Origin: an uncultured Fidelibacterota bacterium
Lineage (GTDB): Bacteria; Fidelibacterota; Marinisomatia; Marinisomatales; UBA1611
DNA length: 39,723 bases
Direction: 5' to 3'
Assembly: GCA_913040915.1 (NCBI GenBank)
Contig: CAJWHW010000020.1
Span: 1 to 39,723 of the forward strand
The stretch's first letter is position 1, and each line of letters starts with the position of its first letter. Below are positions 29,128-39,723 of the stretch, piece by piece. The notes beneath the pieces were generated by a model. The model was not told the DNA's origin. It searched no databases and was given only the letters and a program-made list of their open reading frames with translations. The position numbers were made by a program, and so were the translations under genes.

Positions 29128-29144
29128 TTGGTATAATATTTGCT
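29128..29144 (+). promoter_or_regulatory. Putative sigma54 (-24/-12) promoter of groESL
   Basis: TTGGTATAATATTTGCT has GG-N10-GC spacing. Confidence 0.5.
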
Positions 29145-29281
29145 GAAATAGTAGCGACTTAAGAATACTTTTTAAAACTATATTAAGTGTTGAAAAAATA
29201 TGGAAAATAGCGGTAATATCGCCGCCGCTCTTAATAAATAATCATTTAAAAAAAACATCAACGTATAAAGGAGTTGAACAA

Positions 29282-31215
<1,934 letters not shown>

Positions 31216-31247
31216 GTATCATCAGATCTATTCTGATTCTTTTACTT

Positions 31248-31279
31248 AAAAAGCCTCTTCGTTAGAAGGGGCTTTTTTT
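31248..31279 (+). terminator. Intrinsic terminator of groESL
   Basis: AAAAAGCCTCTTC-GTTA-GAAGGGGCTTTTTTT. Confidence 0.9.
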
Positions 31280-31330
31280 ATATAAATTGACTTTGGGAGA
31301 CTGGTTAAGAGTGCCGTAATTTTTTTACTC

Positions 31331-34057
31331 ATGTCTTATAAAAAAAACAACCATAAACGATTTTTTATAATTGATGGCTATGCACTATTATTTCGAGCTC
31401 ACTTTGCATTAATCCGAAATCCGCTTATTACGTCCTATGGATTGCACACCAGTGCATTATTTGGTTTTGCCAATCAAGTATTAAAACTGATTAGATCAGA
31501 AAATCCCGATTATATTGCCTGTGCTTTTGATTCAAAGGAAAAAACCTTTCGCCATGAGATTTATAAAGAATACAAGGCTAATCGTCCAGAAATGCCAATT
31601 GAATTGCAGGAACAACTTCCTCATTTATGGGAAATGTTGGAGTCTATGAATTTACCTGTATTGAAAAAACCTGGTGTAGAAGCAGATGATATTATTGGTA
31701 CTTTGGCTATTCAAGCCGAAAAAGAAGACCTTAAAACTTATATTGTAAGTAATGATAAAGATTTTATGCAGCTTATAAATAATAAAATTTCCCTATTTGC
31801 ACCGGGCACAAGAAAATCTCCCAATCCTGTAATATACAATCCTAAAAAAGTTGAAGAAAAATGGGGTGTCCCACCAGAAAAAATTATTGATTTATTAGCC
31901 CTTATGGGAGACAGTTCAGATAATGTACCGGGTGTAACAGGTGTAGGTGAAAAAACAGCTGTTAAATTAATAAAAGAATATGGTTCATTGGAAGGGGCAT
32001 TAGAAAATGTAGATAAAGTAACCAATAAACGTGTTCATACAGGATTAAAAGAAGGTGTCAAAAATGCAAAGCTCAGTAAAGAATTAGTTACCATATTGAC
32101 AAATGTTGAATTGGCTTCTTCTGTAATGGATTTATTTTCGAGGGATATGAATATTGAAGCCATATCCAAAAAATTCAGTGAACTTGAATTTCATGCATTA
32201 ATCAAACAATTTGTTAATAATTCAAAAAAAGAGACCTTTCAGAGACAGGAAGAATTGAAAAAGGATTATAAAACGATTTTATCTTCAAATGAATTAAATC
32301 AGCTTGTTAAGGATTTATCTAATTCTGAACTTATTTCAATGGATTTAGAAACTACTTCAGTTCAACCTCTTTTGGCTGATATTGTAGGTCTAAGTTTTTC
32401 AATCAAAGCTGATTCAGGTTGGTATGTACCTATTGAATACCTTGAAAAAGAGCAATCTATCTTTGGTGATGATGATTTAAATATCGTTTTAGGAAAACTA
32501 AAACCAATCTTTGAAAACAATTCTATTAAAAAAGCAGGACAAAATATTAAATATGATGCGTTGATATTAAAACGGTATGGTATTGATTTAAATGGAATCA
32601 AGTTTGACACAATGATTGCTGCCCATTTATTAAATCCAAGCGCTCGGTCATATAAATTGGACACATTGTCCTTGGAATATTTAAACCATGAAATGATACC
32701 TATAGAAGAATTAATAGGTAAGGGAAAAAATCAAATTACTATGGATCAAGTACCGATGGAAAAGGCTTCGAAATATGCCATAGAGGATGCAGATATTGTC
32801 TTTCAATTAACACACTTATTTAATTCAAAATTAAAAGAGCAGGAATTATTTGAATATTTTTCAAATATAGAAATACCACTATTACCAGTTTTAATGGAAA
32901 TGGAACTTAATGGTACTTACGTGGATGCTAAGTTTTTAAAAAGTATGTCAAATAGATTAAAAGAAAAATTAGAATTACTCATTAATGATATTAAGCAATT
33001 AGCAACTATAGATTTTAATATTAACTCAACCCAACAATTAGCAAATGTTTTATTTGATATTTTAGAATTACCGCAAATAAAAAAACGAAGTACAGCAGAA
33101 CATGTTTTGAATAAATTGAAAAAATTCCATGATTTACCCAAGTTAATTCTTGAGTATAGAAAATTTAATAAATTGAAAAATACATATGTGGATGTGCTTC
33201 CAGAATTAATTAATAAAGAGACCGGCAGGATTCATTCTACCTTTAATCAAACAATTGCAGCCACAGGGCGATTATCTAGTGCGAATCCCAATTTTCAAAA
33301 TATTCCTATTCGAAAAGAAGAGGGTAGAGAAATTCGAAAAGCATTTACAGCACAAAGGAAAGGATGGAAAATACTATCTGCTGATTATTCTCAAATTGAA
33401 CTAAGAGTCATGGCCCATATTTCTAAAGATAAAGCTCTTATTGATGCATTTTGTAATGGAGATGATATTCATTCACGGACTGCCAGCCATGTGTTTGATG
33501 TGGCTATAGAAGATGTATTGCCGGAAATGCGTAGGACAGCAAAGGTGGTCAATTTTGGTATTATGTATGGCGCAGGCCCGTTTCGAATGAGTCAGGAATT
33601 GGGTATTTCTCGGCAAGAAGCAGTTGCTATCATTGAATCCTATTTCAAACAATATTCAGGTATTAGGGATTATATTGATTCTATATTAGAAAAAGTAAGA
33701 AATGATAAACTGGTTGAAACTTTGAAGGGTAGGAAACGACAAGTATGGGATGCAGATTCAAATAATGCGATTCGTCGTCAAGCAGCCGAAAGAATGGCAA
33801 TTAATATGCCAATTCAGGGGACTGCAGCTGAAATGATTAAGCTAGCAATGTGTTCAATTCAAAATGAGTTAGAAAATCAGAAATTAGAATCCAAGATGGT
33901 TCTCCAAATTCACGATGAACTTTTATTCGAAATTCCAACATCTGAAGAAGAAATAATGATAAAATTAGTAGTTGATAAAATGGTGAATGCCATGGAGTTA
34001 TCTGTTCCGGTCGAGGTTGATTATGGTGTTGGTACGAGTTGGTTTGAAGCACATTAA
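31331..34057 (+). CDS. polA: DNA polymerase I
   Basis: 5'-exo (IDG, EADD, GDSSDN), 3'-exo (DLET, NIKYD, YAIED), pol motifs (TGRLSS, ADYSQIELR, KVVNFG, QIHDEL). Confidence 0.98.
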   Translation: MSYKKNNHKRFFIIDGYALLFRAHFALIRNPLITSYGLHTSALFGFANQVLKLIRSENPDYIACAFDSKEKTFRHEIYKEYKANRPEMPIELQEQLPHLWEMLESMNLPVLKKPGVEADDIIGTLAIQAEKEDLKTYIVSNDKDFMQLINNKISLFAPGTRKSPNPVIYNPKKVEEKWGVPPEKIIDLLALMGDSSDNVPGVTGVGEKTAVKLIKEYGSLEGALENVDKVTNKRVHTGLKEGVKNAKLSKELVTILTNVELASSVMDLFSRDMNIEAISKKFSELEFHALIKQFVNNSKKETFQRQEELKKDYKTILSSNELNQLVKDLSNSELISMDLETTSVQPLLADIVGLSFSIKADSGWYVPIEYLEKEQSIFGDDDLNIVLGKLKPIFENNSIKKAGQNIKYDALILKRYGIDLNGIKFDTMIAAHLLNPSARSYKLDTLSLEYLNHEMIPIEELIGKGKNQITMDQVPMEKASKYAIEDADIVFQLTHLFNSKLKEQELFEYFSNIEIPLLPVLMEMELNGTYVDAKFLKSMSNRLKEKLELLINDIKQLATIDFNINSTQQLANVLFDILELPQIKKRSTAEHVLNKLKKFHDLPKLILEYRKFNKLKNTYVDVLPELINKETGRIHSTFNQTIAATGRLSSANPNFQNIPIRKEEGREIRKAFTAQRKGWKILSADYSQIELRVMAHISKDKALIDAFCNGDDIHSRTASHVFDVAIEDVLPEMRRTAKVVNFGIMYGAGPFRMSQELGISRQEAVAIIESYFKQYSGIRDYIDSILEKVRNDKLVETLKGRKRQVWDADSNNAIRRQAAERMAINMPIQGTAAEMIKLAMCSIQNELENQKLESKMVLQIHDELLFEIPTSEEEIMIKLVVDKMVNAMELSVPVEVDYGVGTSWFEAH

Positions 34058-34119
34058 AAATAATCTTGTTAAAGATTTAAAACTATTTTTCATAGAACTA
34101 AAAATTATTTGTTGAAGAT

Positions 34120-35046
34120 ATGGAAGCAAGCATAACATTAAAAAAAGTTGGAAAACTGATCGGTGATAAAACGATATTAGCTGGTCTTTCTTTTGGAGTA
34201 GAACGAGGAAGTCTTGTTGCAATAGTGGGTGTTAACGATGCTGGGAAATCTACATTATTGAAATTACTTTCTGGTTTTGAAAATCCCAATTATGGTCAGG
34301 TCTTCATTCATGGCCTGGATATGGAAAAACGCCGATCTGAGACACGTGAATTAGTTGGATATGTCCCACATGAAAATGATTTAGACCCGTGGCTGACGAT
34401 TGAACAAAATATTAGATTCTCCGGTTTGTTATATGGAGTAAAAGAGAATACTATCAAGGATAGAGTCGAGAAATATTCTGAAGCTCTCAATATGTTTCCA
34501 TATTTAAAAGAAATATCAAGGAACGTTTCACATGGGATTCAAAAGAAAGCCATGCTCCTTCGAGAATTAGTACATGAGCCAGATGTGCTAATACTGGATG
34601 AACCCACAGGATATATGGATGCAGAATCCATTCGTCTCACTTGGGATTTATTAAAAGAAATTAAAGGTGAGAAAACAGTTATTTATGTCAGTAATGCATT
34701 AGCAGAAGTTGAACAGGCTCATGATCGCATATTGGTTTTTCGCGAAGGAAGAATTATTATGGATGGCCATTTAGATAAACTTTTAGAATCCACCATAGAT
34801 TATCATCAATTTCAAATTGAGTTTCAAAATTTGACTGATGAATTGTATAACAAATTATGCAGTGTCCCTACCATAGTTTCTCCATATAGATTAGATAATA
34901 TATTTCATTTTTATGGTAGAACCCGTAATGTTTTTTTTGATGTAATCCGAGAAGTAAGTGACGAACTAATGATTGATCTAAACATAAAAAAATTAGGATT
35001 AAGAGATTTGTTGGATTCTGAATTTGCAGAACGAGGTTCAGATTGA
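34120..35046 (+). CDS. ABC transporter ATP-binding protein (DRI/CcmA-like) with atypical motifs
   Basis: GVNDAGKST, VSHG, LILDEPT. Confidence 0.88.
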   Translation: MEASITLKKVGKLIGDKTILAGLSFGVERGSLVAIVGVNDAGKSTLLKLLSGFENPNYGQVFIHGLDMEKRRSETRELVGYVPHENDLDPWLTIEQNIRFSGLLYGVKENTIKDRVEKYSEALNMFPYLKEISRNVSHGIQKKAMLLRELVHEPDVLILDEPTGYMDAESIRLTWDLLKEIKGEKTVIYVSNALAEVEQAHDRILVFREGRIIMDGHLDKLLESTIDYHQFQIEFQNLTDELYNKLCSVPTIVSPYRLDNIFHFYGRTRNVFFDVIREVSDELMIDLNIKKLGLRDLLDSEFAERGSD

Positions 35047-35792
35047 TTCATGCTTTATTAATGCGGCGTGTTTGGCTTTGGAAAAATAGGCTGATTACCA
35101 GTTTAATAATTTTATTAGCAATGCCTGTCCTTATCTACTCAATCGTAAGTTTGTCATTCAAAAATATTATGGGACAAAGTATTATAGGTGTCCCTTATGA
35201 GCTCTGGATGATCCCAGGTATTGCATTTATTATATCATCATTTGGCCTTTTCCCCATTTTATACAGAGATTATTTTGACCTTCGTATTCATAAAAAAGTT
35301 TTAGTTAATATAGCGCTTGCTCCTTACAGAAAAAGAGTGTTAGTAAGTGGGTATTTGTTTGTGGCTGGAATAGAAGCAATTTTGCTTTCGATCATTTCAC
35401 TATTTATAATGTCATGGCTAGTCTCATATCCTTTAACATGGGTGGAATCACTCGTCTTGCTTTTTTGTTTGATAGTATATCTTTTTATCCTAGGAAACCT
35501 TTTTATTTCTATGGGATTGTTATTTGATACCCAGACTACCCTATTCTTGATAACAGCAACCACATTTGTATTTATATTATTTGGTAATGGATTTTTGATT
35601 GAATTTGATTTTTTCCCTTTAAATATTGGAACATTATTAAGTTGGCAACCTTTATCAATACCATTTCAAGTTTTCCAAATCTTTTTTCGAACAGGTGTGC
35701 TTAATTGGCCATTATTGGTAGGATCAATTGTTTTAGGCATTTTATGGACTTTCGCAAATACTATTATTTTAAAACGTAGACTTATTCAATGA
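35043..35792 (+). CDS. ABC-2 type transporter permease
   Basis: About 6 TM segments; Y..W..PG, LAP, FFP, QP; coupled to the ATPase. Confidence 0.8.
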   Translation: MIHALLMRRVWLWKNRLITSLIILLAMPVLIYSIVSLSFKNIMGQSIIGVPYELWMIPGIAFIISSFGLFPILYRDYFDLRIHKKVLVNIALAPYRKRVLVSGYLFVAGIEAILLSIISLFIMSWLVSYPLTWVESLVLLFCLIVYLFILGNLFISMGLLFDTQTTLFLITATTFVFILFGNGFLIEFDFFPLNIGTLLSWQPLSIPFQVFQIFFRTGVLNWPLLVGSIVLGILWTFANTIILKRRLIQ

Positions 35793-36253
35793 TAGCCTAT
35801 TTATCAGGAGGGATGGAAAATGCCAAAGATGAGGGTTCAGATTGGCGTATCAAAATGACAAAATGGTTAAAAGAGAACCTGGGCCATGATGTTATTGATC
35901 CGGTTTTGGAATCAGAGAAAAGAGTTATTGAATTAGGGGCTGAAAATTATCGAGCATGGAAAAAATCCAATCCTACAAAATTTAAGGAATTTATCAGACT
36001 ATTAATCAATCAAGACTTAAGGAGCGTGATAGGACAAGTAGATTATTTAATAGTATTATGGGATGAAAGTGTATTATATGGTGGAGGCACGCATGGTGAA
36101 GTCACAATGGCTTACTGGGTAGATAAGCCAGTTTATTTAGTGAATAAATTACCACTAGAGAGACTTAGCGCCTGGATCTCATCTTGCTCAACAGAAACGT
36201 TTGGATCTTTTGATAATTTGAAAAAATCTTTATTAACTGCATATCAAAAATGA
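35789..36253 (+). CDS. Nucleoside 2-deoxyribosyltransferase-fold protein
   Basis: YLSGGM..WR, DP, DL, GTHGE..AY..KPVY. Confidence 0.7.
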   Translation: MIAYLSGGMENAKDEGSDWRIKMTKWLKENLGHDVIDPVLESEKRVIELGAENYRAWKKSNPTKFKEFIRLLINQDLRSVIGQVDYLIVLWDESVLYGGGTHGEVTMAYWVDKPVYLVNKLPLERLSAWISSCSTETFGSFDNLKKSLLTAYQK

Positions 36254-37362
36254 ATTCTATTGTACCAAAAGCCTATATACATCTAGATAGACTTTTAGTA
36301 AATATTGAAAATATTCACCAATATGTGGGAGGTCAAAAACTCATGTGTGTGGTTAAAGCAAATGGATATGGTCATGGTGCCGTTCAAATAGCAAATGCTT
36401 TGTTAAAATATCCAGAAATTATTTTTGCTGTATTTTCATTTGAAGAGGCAATTGAGTTACGTGAGCATGGAATAAAAAATGATTTGTTTATTTTTTCTAA
36501 ATTGCAACCTAATCTGCTCTCCAAAGCTTTAGAATTAAATTTGACATTAAACAGTAGTGCAATTACTGATCTACAAGAATTAGCAAAATTCAAAAATCAA
36601 AATGGGTCTTGCCCAAATTTCCATATCAAATTTGATACAGGTATGACCAGACTTGGGTTTAATCTTAAAGAGCAAGATGAGGTATTTAAATTTTTAAAGG
36701 AGAACGATCTAGACCCTGATGGAATTTATTCTCATTTTTCCACAGCAGATGAAGGTGATTTATCTTTTGCAAAATTCCAATTAGAGCAATTTAATAATGC
36801 TGTTGATAATGCCAAAAGTTCAGGAATTTATTTCAACTATATTCATTGCTCCAATAGTGGTGCTATCTTAAATATGCCTGAATCATATTTTAATCTGATC
36901 CGCGTTGGAATGTTAATGTATGGGGTAGCACCTTCTGACGAAGTATCAATGACTGTAGATGTGGAACCAGTCATGAGCTTTTGCGGCCCCATTGTGAATA
37001 TCCGCCAGGTTGCAAAAGGAACTCAGATAAGTTATGGTGGTATTTATACCACAGAAAAAGAAACAAATATTGCTGTTGTCCAGACTGGTTTTGCTGATGG
37101 TTTTCCCCGTCCATGGTTTGAAGATGGCTACGTAAGTTATAATGGCAAACATTATAAAATTGCTGGGAGAGTTTGTATGGACCAATTAATGGTTGATTTT
37201 GGAGATGATTTGCCTGAAGAAGGAGAAGAAGTCCTTTTTTTTGGGAAAAAGGATGGAAATGAAATTCCAGTTGAAATAATTGCTAAATCAATTAATTCAA
37301 CTACTTATGTTTTATTAACTGCCATCCATGGTAGAACTAAACGGATATCAATAAAAAATTAA
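36250..37362 (+). CDS. alr: Alanine racemase
   Basis: VVKANGYGHG, DTGMTRLG, SHF..AD, R.G...YG, SYG, GRVCMDQ. Confidence 0.96.
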   Translation: MNSIVPKAYIHLDRLLVNIENIHQYVGGQKLMCVVKANGYGHGAVQIANALLKYPEIIFAVFSFEEAIELREHGIKNDLFIFSKLQPNLLSKALELNLTLNSSAITDLQELAKFKNQNGSCPNFHIKFDTGMTRLGFNLKEQDEVFKFLKENDLDPDGIYSHFSTADEGDLSFAKFQLEQFNNAVDNAKSSGIYFNYIHCSNSGAILNMPESYFNLIRVGMLMYGVAPSDEVSMTVDVEPVMSFCGPIVNIRQVAKGTQISYGGIYTTEKETNIAVVQTGFADGFPRPWFEDGYVSYNGKHYKIAGRVCMDQLMVDFGDDLPEEGEEVLFFGKKDGNEIPVEIIAKSINSTTYVLLTAIHGRTKRISIKN

Positions 37363-37370
37363 AATTTTGA

Positions 37371-37802
37371 TTACTCTCGGTGGTATTTACTACCTTTTTT
37401 TATTGCGACTGCCCGAAATAATTGTTCAGTCAAAACCATCAATGCCATTTCATGAGGAAGGGTCATTTTAGATAAGGATAATAATTGATTCGATTTTTGC
37501 CTAATTATAGGGGAGTGGCCATCTGGGCCACCAATAAAGAATATAATATTTTGGGCTTTTTTAAAAATAAATTCTGAAAACATCTTGGATGAAAATTGCT
37601 TTCCTTCTTCTGTAACACACACCTTGTAATTTTTAGAATTAAAATATCGATTTAACTTTGCATTGATAACTTTCTCTGTGTTATCCTTAATAATTATTAG
37701 TTCAATACGAACATCATTATTAATCCATTTAATGTATTCTAATATTCGCTTCAAATATGATTTTTCTTTTACTCTTCCAACTGTGACAATTTTTATTGTC
37801 AT
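37371..37802 (-). CDS. rlmH: 23S rRNA m3-pseudouridine-1915 methyltransferase
   Basis: GK..SS, FFIGGPDG, SLSKMTLPHE, EQLFRA, YHR. Confidence 0.93.
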   Translation of the reverse strand: MTIKIVTVGRVKEKSYLKRILEYIKWINNDVRIELIIIKDNTEKVINAKLNRYFNSKNYKVCVTEEGKQFSSKMFSEFIFKKAQNIIFFIGGPDGHSPIIRQKSNQLLSLSKMTLPHEMALMVLTEQLFRAVAIKKGSKYHRE

Positions 37803-37870
37803 TTGATATATCTAGATAACTTTTATAAATAAAAAAAAGGTTTATTATTAAGCAGGAAAAATTATCCCGC

Positions 37871-38197
37871 TTATTTTTTAGGTGTTGCTCTTACCCATGA
37901 ACGTCTGTTTTGAAAAGCTTCTATTTTGAGTTCAGCCCAGTCTTCGACAATTTCCGTTAATTGAACTGATTCTTCAGGATGTTCTGACAGGTTATCATTT
38001 ATCAGATTTAGGAGTTGCCCTTTTCGCTCTTGAACTTGTCCATATGTTGCAATCTCTTCTTTAGATAATTCTTCTTTTTCTGATAGAGTCTGTTGCCTGT
38101 TTTTTTCTGCAACTGACTTTTTATCTTTTAAGTTTTCAGACATTGCATAAAGCATTACTAATAGAATAACTATTAAAACAATTGTGTTAATATCCAT
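37871..38197 (-). CDS. Hypothetical single-TM protein
   Basis: AGGAG SD; N-terminal TM followed by a charged helical region. Confidence 0.7.
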   Translation of the reverse strand: MDINTIVLIVILLVMLYAMSENLKDKKSVAEKNRQQTLSEKEELSKEEIATYGQVQERKGQLLNLINDNLSEHPEESVQLTEIVEDWAELKIEAFQNRRSWVRATPKK

Positions 38198-38209
38198 TAT
38201 AATTCTCCT

Positions 38210-39723
38210 TTAGATTGCTACACTTATTCCCAGAATGTTGATCCACCACAAAATAATAATTGCAGATAAAGCTATTAAAGCAGCAGGCCAGCCTAAAGTA
38301 GCCATACGTATAAAATCTTTGGATTCTAACTGACCGCTTGCATAAACAATAGAACTAGCTGGTGTGCCAATGACTAACCAGTAGGCCATAGATGTAGCAA
38401 TTGCAAGTCCAACGCCTACGAGTAAGGGATTTGTACCTGAACTTACTGCCATATCGAGTACAACAGGCCCGATGACTGCGACTGTAGCACCAGCGCTCAT
38501 AAGATTTGTCAGAACTGCACCTATAGCGCACATTAGTATTACAAGTCCAACGCCTGAATTCAATCCAAGTGGAGCCACTAACATCATTATTTGATCAGCA
38601 AACCAGCTTGAAGCACCAGTTACTTTAAAGACAGTACCTAGACTTATACAGCCAGCATAAAGAACAATTACACCCCAACTAACTTTTTCTTCATAATCTT
38701 TCCAGGATGTGAGCCCGAATAACATATATAATACTGCGCCTGTAATTGCAATTCCACCCAAGCCCAGTGAAAATCCAAAGACATCAGCTACTAGTGATTT
38801 ATCAGTGATCCATAAAAAGACAACTAAACCCATTATACCGGCCACCAGTTTTTGTTTTCCAGTCATATCACCATGTTTTTCTAAATCTTTTTTTAGAAAC
38901 CCTACAGCTTCACTTAAATCACTGACTTCGGGTTTGAAAAGAAGGGGAAGTAAAAATGCCATGACAACTGACATAACCACTGTATACATTACACCCATTG
39001 AAATCCATTGCATGAAAGATACATCAATTCCATATTCACCAAGAAAACCAATCATGAGAGCATTACGTGCTCCACCTGTAGGGCTCATAGGTCCACCAAT
39101 CATACACCCCACTGCGATGGTTACCATCAATAATGTGCCTAACCTAGGGGATGGTGTTGATTTATTGGTTAATGTATAAAGTGCTAGCGCAATCGGAACA
39201 TACATTGCTGCAACCGCATGTTCACCAACAAAAGCAGTAGGTATAGCAGTACCCAGTAGAATACCAATTACAATTGATCTAGTTTTAGTACCTGCAAGAT
39301 TGACCACAAGCATACCAACTCTTTTATCAAGACCGTACTTCACAAGAGTTGCTCCTAATGCAAGAGAACCTGCAATAAACCAGACTGCATCGTGTGCATA
39401 GGTTAGCGCTATTGTCTTTGGTGCTGTTATGCCAAAGAATAATTGGACAAGACCAATCAATAATGCAACTGCTGGCATTGGTACAGCTTCGGTTGCAAAG
39501 AATACAACGCAAGTCGCAAGTAATGCAATGGTAAGCTGAATATGTTTTGCTTTAAGGGTTATGTCTGCAGATGAATCTGACCCAAAAAGATCATTTGCCT
39601 TTGCAAGCATTGATTCCGGGGTTGGTAGTAGTATCCCAATCAAAATGAAAATTAACACACCGATTCCAAACCATTTGAAATCAGTAGTTTTGGCGAAACC
39701 GCCGCTGTTATTATTATTTGAAT
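38210..39723 (-). CDS. SLC13/DASS family anion:Na+ symporter, 5'-partial
   Basis: Frame stays open to the window edge (SNNNNSGGFAKTTDFKWFGIGVLIF...). ATEAVP, GG..SPTGGARN, TNLMS, GTPASSIVY. Confidence 0.88.
   Translation of the reverse strand, partial: SNNNNSGGFAKTTDFKWFGIGVLIFILIGILLPTPESMLAKANDLFGSDSSADITLKAKHIQLTIALLATCVVFFATEAVPMPAVALLIGLVQLFFGITAPKTIALTYAHDAVWFIAGSLALGATLVKYGLDKRVGMLVVNLAGTKTRSIVIGILLGTAIPTAFVGEHAVAAMYVPIALALYTLTNKSTPSPRLGTLLMVTIAVGCMIGGPMSPTGGARNALMIGFLGEYGIDVSFMQWISMGVMYTVVMSVVMAFLLPLLFKPEVSDLSEAVGFLKKDLEKHGDMTGKQKLVAGIMGLVVFLWITDKSLVADVFGFSLGLGGIAITGAVLYMLFGLTSWKDYEEKVSWGVIVLYAGCISLGTVFKVTGASSWFADQIMMLVAPLGLNSGVGLVILMCAIGAVLTNLMSAGATVAVIGPVVLDMAVSSGTNPLLVGVGLAIATSMAYWLVIGTPASSIVYASGQLESKDFIRMATLGWPAALIALSAIIILWWINILGISVAI

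Overview
AT-rich bacterial chromosomal segment using the standard genetic code. It is mostly + strand housekeeping and accessory genes. The Por/FlgD-type C-terminal domain, long-form IspG, primary sigma factor without region 1.1 and propeller/Y_Y_Y sensor point to the FCB superphylum, possibly Marinimicrobia (inference). Recognisable genes: rpoD-type sigma, M1 aminopeptidase, ispG, folB-folK-deoxynucleoside kinase, rsmE, HIT, smc, MscS, APC permease plus homocysteine S-methyltransferase, dut, groES-groEL, polA, an ABC exporter, alr, rlmH and a partial SLC13/DASS transporter. I found no rRNA, tRNA, CRISPR array, IS or prophage. The most notable locus is 9425-10373, which the ORF track only partly captures. 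A signal-peptide, Cys-rich leader ORF with a Pro-Pro C-terminus carries an in-frame TGA where Cys might be expected. It is followed directly by a perfect 13-bp stem that masks the next RBS, then a 36-aa ORF and a CopZ-like lipoprotein. This resembles a CutF/CruR-type metal-responsive translational switch, either selenocysteine-recoded or decaying. Other points: an apicomplexan-like dUTPase, a secreted Ntn hydrolase, a DNA methyltransferase with a degenerate internal duplicate, a poly-Lys TPR protein, a sigma54-like groESL promoter and an ABC ATPase with degenerate motifs.
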